From NCBI RefSeq assembly GCF_009914755.1, contig NC_060926.1: a stretch of DNA of 64,000 nucleotides. One strand, given 5' to 3'. Position 1 is the first letter of the stretch. The number at the start of each line of letters is the position of its first letter. The notes under the pieces are model-generated. The model saw nothing but the letters and a program-made list of their open reading frames with translations. It was not told the origin of the DNA and made no database searches. Source of the DNA: the human T2T-CHM13v2.0 reference genome, Homo sapiens. Positions 56,056 to 64,000 of the stretch are shown here, piece after piece. A program made the position numbers and the translations under genes.

Positions 56056-56435
56056 TCGTCTTTCTTTCTTTCTTTCTTTTTTGACAGGTTTTCACTCTGT
56101 TGCCCGCAGTGGAGTACAGTGGCATGATCATAGATCACTGCAGCCTCGAGCTCCTGGGCTCAAGTGATCCTCCTGCCTCAGCCTCCTCAGGTGCTGGGAC
56201 TACAGGCACATGGCACCATGCCTGGCTAATGTTTTTTACTTTTTGTGGGAATGCAGTCTTGCTATGTTGCCCAGGCTGGTCTCAGACACCTGCCTTGCTG
56301 TGTCGCCCAGGCTGGTCTCAGACACCTGCCTTGCTGTGTCGCCCAGGCTGGTCTTGAATTCCTGGCCTCAAGCAAGCCTCCCACCTCGTCCTCCCAAAGT
56401 GTTGGGATTACGGACATAAGCCACCTTGCCCGGCC
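55945..56435 (-). mobile_element. AluJ with (TTTC)n tail and internal 36-bp tandem repeat
   Basis: AluJ diagnostics; repeat at 56258-56354. Confidence 0.9.
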
Positions 56436-56689
56436 ACATACAACTTCTCTTTGAACAGAGAATTCAAATACCTCCTAAGCACTCCTTTAGAAAAACTTGC
56501 TTCCTAACTCTCCTGCAAATTTGATTCATTTGTAGGCAATGGGCCTTATGCTATTCATTATTATAAAGTCTTGCTTTATCATTACTGTTGAAGAGAAAAG
56601 TATTGAACTTTGGCGTTTTGCATTTAAACTCTTTTCTAGGATCCTTGAGCCGAGTGAATGGAAACCTGAAGTCAACCTGGCTACTCTGT

Positions 56690-57480
56690 CTTTTTGCAGT
56701 GTCCCAAGAGCAGACCCTCAACCAGGAGTCTAGGGCAAGTAGTTTATCTCCAAGGAGAGGAGAGAAGAAGGGATGTGGGACAGGGAAAAGAAGAAACCAA
56801 TAAAAGGTATGTGCTATGGATTGAATGTTTATGTCCTCCCTAAATTCGTTTGTGGATGCCCTAATCTCAATGTGATAGTATTAGGAGGTGGGGTCTTTGG
56901 GAGGTGACTAAGTCATAAAGGTAGAGCCCTCATGATGGGTTAGTGTCCTTGTAAGAACAGATGTGACACATGAGAGCTTGCTTCTCTCTCCTCCATGAGG
57001 GCAGAACAAGAAGGACCATCTATGAGCCAGGAAGAAAGTGAGCTCTCACCAGGAACCAAATCCACCAGCACCTTGATAGTGGACTTCTGGGCCTCCACAA
57101 CCGTGAAAAATAAATGTCTGTTGCCCAAGCCCCCTAGTTCATGGGATTTTTGCTGTAGCAGTCCCCGCCAGGACAGAATGCTATTAAGCATTTTACCATT
57201 GAAGGCAACTGGTGTTCAGTGAATCTGGGGAGCTCTGACTTTCTGGAACGTGTGTCTCTCATAGGGTGGAGAGGGAGCTGGGGTGTCTATCCATCAACTC
57301 AGGTCAGTGGTTGAAGGTTGCTGGGGCTGGGTGGGGTATTAATTTGCTGCTTCTCTGGATTGCTGAATCTCGAGAGTCCAGGAAAGGACCAGAGATGCAG
57401 GTGCTGGCGTTGAACCATCCAAGGCTCTGGCTGCAAGGGTAAGGGCTGAGGAGATGGGCAGGGCACTGTTGTGCCTGCTG
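56690..57480 (-). mobile_element. LTR33-like ERVL LTR split by MLT1A
   Basis: 'agcagaccctca...gcaagtagtttat...ccaataaaagg' resuming after 57175 with 'ttaccattgaaggcaactgg'. Confidence 0.6.
56812..57175 (+). mobile_element. MLT1A0-like MaLR solo LTR
   Basis: TGCTATGG...GACA termini, AATAAA, degenerate TSD GTATG / GAATG. Confidence 0.85.
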
Positions 57481-58489
57481 AACTTCCCCATCACCAACTC
57501 ATCATGACGTGCAGTCGATTTTCCTTTCTAAGAATTTGCAAGATATTTAGCAGGAAAGCTTTCTAAATTCCCTACTCTCATTCTGCAACATCATCTCCTA
57601 ACTAAGACTGGTGGGTGGGTGTGTGTGTCTATATATATGTGTGCAATATATGCCTCTTCTCTTTCTCACATATGCAGTGAGTTATATAATACGAGTCAGG
57701 CAAATATCGTCACATGGCATTTGTCTGGAAAGCTCCTTCTCCCCGGAGGCCCTTCCCTCCCACTTCAGCCAGGTACCTCCTACTCTTCCTTCCCGTGTTA
57801 GCTCGGTCATCACTTCCTTGGTGAAGTCTTGCTAACCTTCCTTCCTGGTTGGGCTCATTCTTACTAATATATACTCTCAGCACAACGTATGTCTCTCTTT
57901 TGCAGTACTTATTGGTGCTGTGATTTTTGTTTTTATATTCCCTGGACAGTTTATTGTAACCTCTTGTTAAATCACAGGTGACCCTTAATATCTGGAGACA
58001 TGCAGGCATTCTGATTTTCCTTTATAGGGGTTTGAGGGAGGAAGCAGAAGGTAGAAAGGTGAAGCTGGAGATGACCATGATGTAGAAAACCAGGGAAGTT
58101 GCTGATGGGTGTATTTGTCCACATACGTGAGTGATATATGTCTGCTGCTTTTGTCACATGTGCACTGTATGTAGGTGAGTCTTCAGATGACTATTATAAT
58201 GTGGCTGTGTGAGTGCCGTGGGGTGGGGCACCATACTGCAAAGTGTACTTATCTGTTGTGAATTTCATTATCTTGGAAAGCACTAACCCAATCAATTGAA
58301 CAGAGCAATTTCATTTCACTTACATTTACTCCTTTGTTCTTCCCAATTTTGTCTGTTTTCTCTTCACTCCTGTCTACCTTCTATCCTAGAACATCTTTAC
58401 GATACTTTAATACTTGAAACCCCAAAAGTGATATGCAAGAAACTATGACACCGATTAGGAATCCTGCTTTTCTTCCATGTAATTAGATA

Positions 58490-58990
58490 AACATACACTT
58501 GGGTTGCAGGGCACCATATGTCCCATGTTTCCAGGAGCAGACTGGCAGTGAGAGTTACCCACCCATGCCCCTGAGCACCCACCATTCCCTGCATCCTGGA
58601 GACAAACATCTGAGCATTTTTCCCAAGGGCTTCCCTGGCAGCCAGAGACCATTGTGCCATGCTAAAGGCAGGCCAGGAGCTCATGAGAGTCGATCCCATG
58701 AGGAGGAACCCTCAGTTAATGTCCCTAATGGGACAGGGTAGATAGATCCCCAGCTCCCTGCCCCTCTGCTGGGGCACCACTGAGGCATGGCCAACACTGT
58801 CTATTGTACTTTCCCTGAAGGCTGAGCCGCACTGCCCACGGGATCACTTGCTTCATAATGCACCTTTTGTTGGCTTTTGCATTCCCTTCTCTGTCTCCTG
58901 CCCATGTTTCCAGGGATCCCCTTCCAAAACAAATGGTTAACTTTGAATCTTCGTCTCAAGGTATGCTTCTGGGGAAACTCAGGAAGAGGA
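58490..58990 (+). mobile_element. LTR33/LTR16-like ERVL LTR
   Basis: 3' end 'tgaatcttcgtctcaaggtatgcttctggggaaactca'. Confidence 0.5.
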
Positions 58991-59479
58991 AAGCGATTTA
59001 CACAAACAAAAGGCCTCATTGGTTCTGCAGTTATCTGGCATCTTTTACTTGCTAAATGTGACCTGTCCTCAAAACCATAACTGCCATCAGTCGTGTTATT
59101 TTTCCACCTGCTACTTTGTTACGGTTCTTCCACTGGCTACTTTGTTATGTTCTTCTTAGCACAGGATGATTTTTAAAATATCCTGAACTCTTGGAAAGAA
59201 ACTGTCATTACCCTAAATGGAATGAAAACCAGGATTTCCACCTAACACCTAAGACCTTGCAGACTCACTTCCATCCCTTGAGGTTCAGTCTCTGCCTGGG
59301 GATTTCTCACTACTTATTGCTGCTGCCTCCTCCAGCCTCTAGAAAGTGACTTCTCTCTTCACCACTCCGGTCCTCAGAATTCCCCAACACCTAGCTGAAG
59401 TCAAGCGGGATATTTTGACAGGACTTTGCAAATGCTACGCCATCAGCGGAATGCTTTTGACCTGTGGCCTCAAAGTCCC

Positions 59480-60190
59480 TTCATTCCCTTGACACATATC
59501 TAATGGGTAGCACTGTGCCAGGTACTGCTCTAGAGGCTGGGGAGAAAGCTGTAAATAAAAGAGATAAAACGCCTGCTTTCTTGAGCTCGAAGTAGGATGA
59601 AGCAGTAAGGGAGATTAGGGACTGTTGGGTGGTGCAATTTTAAATAAGATGGCCAGGAAAGTCCTAGCAGGAAGGCAACCCTGGAGCAGAATCCTGCAGG
59701 CAGTGAGGGACTTGCAGGTATCAAAGGGCAGAGCATTGCCAAGACCGGGAAGAGCAAGTGCAGAGACTCTGGGTGGAGCTGCCTGGTCAGTTCTGGGCAA
59801 GCAAGGACATCAGTGTGGGCGGAGTATGGGGAGCAGAGATGAGAGCTTAGGAAATGGGTCAAGTGGAAACAGGAGACCTGATTAGTAGGGTCTTGTAGGG
59901 CCTGAGGAGGACGCTGCCTTCGTACTTTGAGTGAAGAGACGTCATTGCAAGACTTGGAGTGAAGAGACGTCATTGCAAGACTTGAGCAGAGCAGTGGCCT
60001 GCTCCACTGCAGGATTTAAAGAGAGTACCTGCACTGAGACTGTACTATAGGGAAGAAGGGTGAAAGCCAGGAGACCCCTTAGGAAGCTAATGCAGGATGG
60101 TGCTTGGAGCAGGGTGTAGCTGGAGAGGTCACCAAAAGTGGCCCCATTGTGGTTGTATTTTGGAGGACAGTTGCTTTAGGATATGCATTA
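59480..60190 (-). mobile_element. L2a fragment
   Basis: 'actgtgccaggtactgctctagaggctgggg', 'gcagagcattgccaagaccgggaagagcaagtgcagag', 'gagaccccttaggaagcta'. Confidence 0.75.
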
Positions 60191-60269
60191 GAAAATGCGT
60201 GAGAAGCTTACTGGCTCAGTGAGCCCTGTTCTTGCTAATGGGCAGGGGAAATTGAGGCTGGGGTTGAGA

Positions 60270-60420
60270 ACATCCACTGGGCTTTAGGAGACCTGGGGTC
60301 CAGTCCCAGTTCAGCTCTTACCAAAGATTTTGGTGACATGATTTGAGTCAAAACCATTGATTGCTTTGAATTTCAGTTTTCTCATCTACAAGATGATAGA
60401 GGTCACTTGGACTTCAAAAA
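60270..60420 (+). mobile_element. MIR fragment
   Basis: 'ggagacctggggtccagtcccag...tcagttttctcatctacaagatg'. Confidence 0.6.
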
Positions 60421-60541
60421 CCCCATGGTTCTTTCTCATTAGTAGCCTCACGAATAAGGCCAAAGCAGCCTTTGGAATGTGTCACTGCTACTAGGATTAT
60501 CTGCAATGGCAGAACACCACTGTCCCTACAGCCTTCCAGAG

Positions 60542-60692
60542 CAACTCTACACCACTAAATTGGAAAACCTAGAAGAAACTGATAAATTCCTATAAACATA
60601 CACCCTATCAAGATTGAAACATGAAGAAATACAAAACCTGAATAGACCAATGACAAGTAACAAGATATAATAGAAGCAGCAATGAAAAGTTT
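60542..60692 (+). mobile_element. Isolated internal L1 ORF2 fragment
   Basis: 'aaattggaaaacctagaagaaactgataaattcc...acctgaatagaccaat' (KLENLEE-DKFL...LNRP). Confidence 0.8.
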
Positions 60693-60697
60693 GTAGG

Positions 60698-61002
60698 GGC
60701 CGGGAGCAGTGGCTCATGCCTGCAATCCCAGTACTTTGGAAGGCCAAAGCGGGCAGATCACTTGAGGCCAGGAGTTACAGACAAGCCTGGCCAACATGAT
60801 GAAATCCAGTCTTTACTACAAATGCCAAAGGGAAAAATAATTAGCTTGGCGTGGTGGTGCATGCCTGTAATCCCAGCTACTCGGGAGGTTGAGGCACCAG
60901 AATCATTTGAACCTGGAAGGTGGAGGTTGCGGTAAGCCAAGAACACCCACTGCACTCCACCCTGGGCAATAGAGCAAGACTCTGTCTCAAAAAAAAAAAA
61001 AA
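60698..61002 (+). mobile_element. AluS element
   Basis: Full dimer; degenerate TSD AAAAGTTTGTAG / AAAAGTGTATAG. Confidence 0.92.
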
Positions 61003-61549
61003 GTGTATAGAGGTAAAACATTAGCCATACAAAGCCCACATTTAGTCTTATCTATTTTTAAAAACTCCGGTTTTGGGGAAGGTAAAGAACTAGAGAAGAG
61101 ACAAAGGGAATATGGGTGTAGTGGCCCCCGAATACCATGTCTTCTTGGGAGACAGGAGGTCACATCTGTGGTGGATGGGACAAGAAATTGAGATTGAAGA
61201 ATGTTTGTTGACATGCAAAGGCTACCAACAGAAAAAAGGAATAGAGGGAGAACCCTCTGCGGAGAGAGTGGAGGGAAACAGGTTGTGGTGTAGGTGAGCA
61301 AAATTCTTGTGGGTTGATAAACAAAGAAATCTATGTCAAAGTCTATGATTGAGAGGTATGTTGGTGGCCACATGGGTAACCACAACCAGAACAGGTCAAA
61401 GTGATTGTCTCTGGGGAGTGGGCTGGGCCCTGGGCTTTTCCAAACCTACACAGAGCTCTGAGAGCTGTGAAGAATGAAAAAGAGATAACCCGGCTAACAT
61501 CCATGAGTGCTCACTGGCTGCCAGGAATGGTGCTGTGTACTGTCCACGG

Positions 61550-61967
61550 CATTACATCCTGATGAACCCATCATAAATTGAAAATATTGTAAGTCAAAAA
61601 TGCATGTCATACACCTAACCTACTGAACATCATAGCTTAGCCTAGCCTACCTTAAACATGCTCAGAAAACTTACGTTAACCTACAGTCAGGCCAAATCAT
61701 CTAACACAAAGCCTATTTTGTAATAAAGCTTTGCATATCTCATGTACCTTATTGAATACAGTACACTGTAGAGCACAGCATCGGTGGTTTGCCCTTGTGA
61801 TCGCTTGGCTGGCTGGGAGCTGTGGCTTGCTGCCGCTGCTCAGCAGTGTGAGAGGGCATTGTATTGCACAGAGTAGCCCAGGAAAAGATCAAATTGCAAA
61901 GTTTCTACTGAGTGCATATCACTGCCGCACCATCACAAAGTTGAAAAATCATGTCAGCGACCATCTG
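61550..61967 (+). mobile_element. MER47/Tigger5-like TcMar MITE
   Basis: 'aacccatcataaattgaaaatattgtaagtcaaaaatgca...catagcttagcctagcctacc'; ends CCATCTG then TA. Confidence 0.7.
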
Positions 61968-62012
61968 TATTCACTTACTTCATCCTTTTCCAACCCTATG
62001 AGGTAGATATTA

Positions 62013-62840
62013 CAGACCCACACTCCCTTTTTGGAAACTCTTACGGGCAAGATAGGTTTCAGAATGCAGAATTTTTCCAATTTTAGAGTGGAAACAGGAT
62101 GCATATATTGTATGTTACCCAAGCCCCGCAGCAGAGTGTGGGGCAGCACTTCAGCCACACATAATAGATGGGGATTGAAACATATGGTATTTGTAGTCAC
62201 TGGGATAAATAAAGAGAATAAATAGCCTCTCACTTGATCCTGTGAGGTTTTTCCTGCAGACTCTTAGTTTCCAAACTCTTTAGATTTCAAAATCATGAAA
62301 CTGTGCCCCAAAGCATTAAAGAAACTGATGACTAACAGAAATTCTGAAGCTTCTTTTATAGGGAAGTAGATAGGAAAATATCTTGTTGAAGTCCCTTTCA
62401 CTTACAAAGCAACAAAGTTGGCTGAAACCAGTTGTGTACAATATGGCTGACTGGAGTCTGTGCAGAATGAGCCTTTTGATGTCATAGGCCAAATTCCCAC
62501 CACATTTCACAGTAACCCCTCCCCAAATTTACACATGTGACCCATGAAGAGACATGATGAGATAACTGTGCATGCCCAGGAGACTTTCCAAACTTCCCCT
62601 TTTCCTTCACCAATCACTAACCAACCCCAAAACCCTTCCCCAAGCATCCCTCCCTTAAATATACAGCTTTATAGCCAGTATGGGGAGACAGATTTGAGTC
62701 TGTCTCCTGTCTTCTTGCTCAGTTGCCTTGCAATACATCTTTCTGTCTGCAAAAATCCAGTGCTTCGGTGTCTGGCTTTCTGATGCATGCAGGCAAATGG
62801 ACCCAGTTAGTTCTGGTAACAATCGCAGGTGAGGAATTAA
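62013..62840 (+). mobile_element. MER46C TcMar-Tigger MITE split near its end by LTR47
   Basis: 'cagaatttttccaattttagag...ggggcagcac...gggataaataaagagaataaatagcctc'. Confidence 0.7.
62296..62821 (+). mobile_element. LTR47-like ERVL solo LTR
   Basis: TG...CA termini; 'tgaaactgtgccccaaagcattaaagaaactgatgactaacagaaattc'. Confidence 0.75.
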
Positions 62841-63469
62841 AAGATAGTGATATTCCCATTTTGCAGATTATAAAATGGAGATACAGAGAGGTTATGTAAA
62901 CCAAAGTCATGATCACAGTTAGAACAGGAATTGAGATTTGAGTCCAGTCAAGCCAGTTCCACAGCTCTCAGTCCTTAAGCTATGATTTCACACAAAACAA
63001 AACAAAAATCAAAAAGAAAACAGCTAAATTAACATTTATAAATGTTTTATTAAATGTCTACAAAACATATCGTTATGTTAACCTCATTAATTATTAAATT
63101 CAATATGCATGAAAATTTTAATATATTTGAAAGCAATTTGTAGATTTTTTCACTTTGCAATAATCCCCTAACAGATACCATGATTTCTGAGTCACCTGAA
63201 GATAAATAATCTCAAAAGTAGAATTATAAAAATATTTTAATATTTTAGAGCCAAAAATTACATTTAATAAAGATGAGGGTGCATTTTAATATTTCGGATA
63301 CAGTATATGTTAGGAATCCCAAAAATAATTATACCTAAAATCTGTAAACTTCTTAAGACTTCTTTTGGAAAAAGTGGGACAGAAAAAATATTATCTTTTA
63401 TTATGAACTCTTTATTCTCTTTCATTTTGAAACTGTATATTACATTGATTTTTTTAAACATGACAAAAC

Positions 63470-63830
63470 CCTACAGCAGAGAGCATAATTGTGGTTGCCA
63501 GAGGCCAGTTTGCAGGAAATGGGGAGATGTTGGTTCAAGGGTATAAAGCTTCGGCTATGCAGGGTGAATGAATTCTGGAGACCTAAGGTACAGCATGAAG
63601 CTATAGTTACCAATACTGTTTTGTATACTCCAAATTTGCTAAGAGGATAGATCTTAAGTGTTCTCACTTAACAAACAATGAAACCAAATAGTAACTATGT
63701 GAGACGATGGATGTGTTAATTAGCCTGATTGTGGTCATCACTTCACAATGTATATGTCTCAAAACATCACATTGAACACTTTAAATTTCTACAATATTTA
63801 TTTGTCAATTATGCTTCAATAAAGCCGGTG
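63470..63830 (+). mobile_element. L1MA9/10-type 3' end
   Basis: 'aaatttgctaagaggatagatcttaagtgttctcac...tttgtcaattatgcttcaataaagc'. Confidence 0.85.
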
Positions 63831-63867
63831 GGGAAAGGATATTAAAGGAATTACAAACTTTAAAAAA

Positions 63868-64000
63868 TGAAACAGAATAGAGAACCCAGAAATAAATTCA
63901 AGTATTTACAGTCAACTCACTTTTGACAAAGTTGCCAAGTGAAAAGAACACTGGGAAAAGAACAGTCTTTTCAATAAATGATGCTGGAAAAACTGGATAT
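63868..64000 (+). mobile_element. L1M ORF2 fragment running off the window
   Basis: 'aacagaatagagaacccagaaataaat...tttgacaaagttgccaag...tcaataaatgatgctggaaaaactggatat'. Confidence 0.85.

Noticed and set aside
56258-56354. Repeat-spacer pattern resembling a CRISPR array
   Set aside because: Spacers are identical, the repeat is Alu sequence and the DNA is eukaryotic

Overview
Primate (very probably human) genomic DNA, intergenic or intronic in character. Much of the window is interspersed repeat: about 18 Alu copies (J/S/Y types, many with readable target-site duplications), long decayed L1M tracts (36.6-39.2 kb +, 39.7-45.8 kb -), L2/MIR/L3 fossils, solo LTRs (MER74, MLT1, MST, MER57, LTR16, LTR33, LTR47, MER67-like) and non-autonomous DNA transposons (MER5, MER82, MER1A, MER30, MER47-like, MER46C). 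I recognise no known protein-coding gene, RNA gene or CRISPR array, and almost all ORFs in the track come from repeats or chance. Repeat family names are from my recall of consensus sequences and need RepeatMasker/Dfam confirmation. The most interesting signal is speculative: a set of + strand exon-like segments (16496-16538, 35038-35146, 50577-50685, terminal 55017-~55275) whose splice phases are compatible with a 59-aa ORF starting at a GCCATGG Kozak context. Other points of interest are two protein-like - strand segments sharing a PL-x4/5-AVLYF motif, a ~550-bp polypyrimidine higher-order repeat, a Z-DNA tract, perfect palindromes and tandem duplications that look like repair scars, and multi-layer nested transposon clusters.
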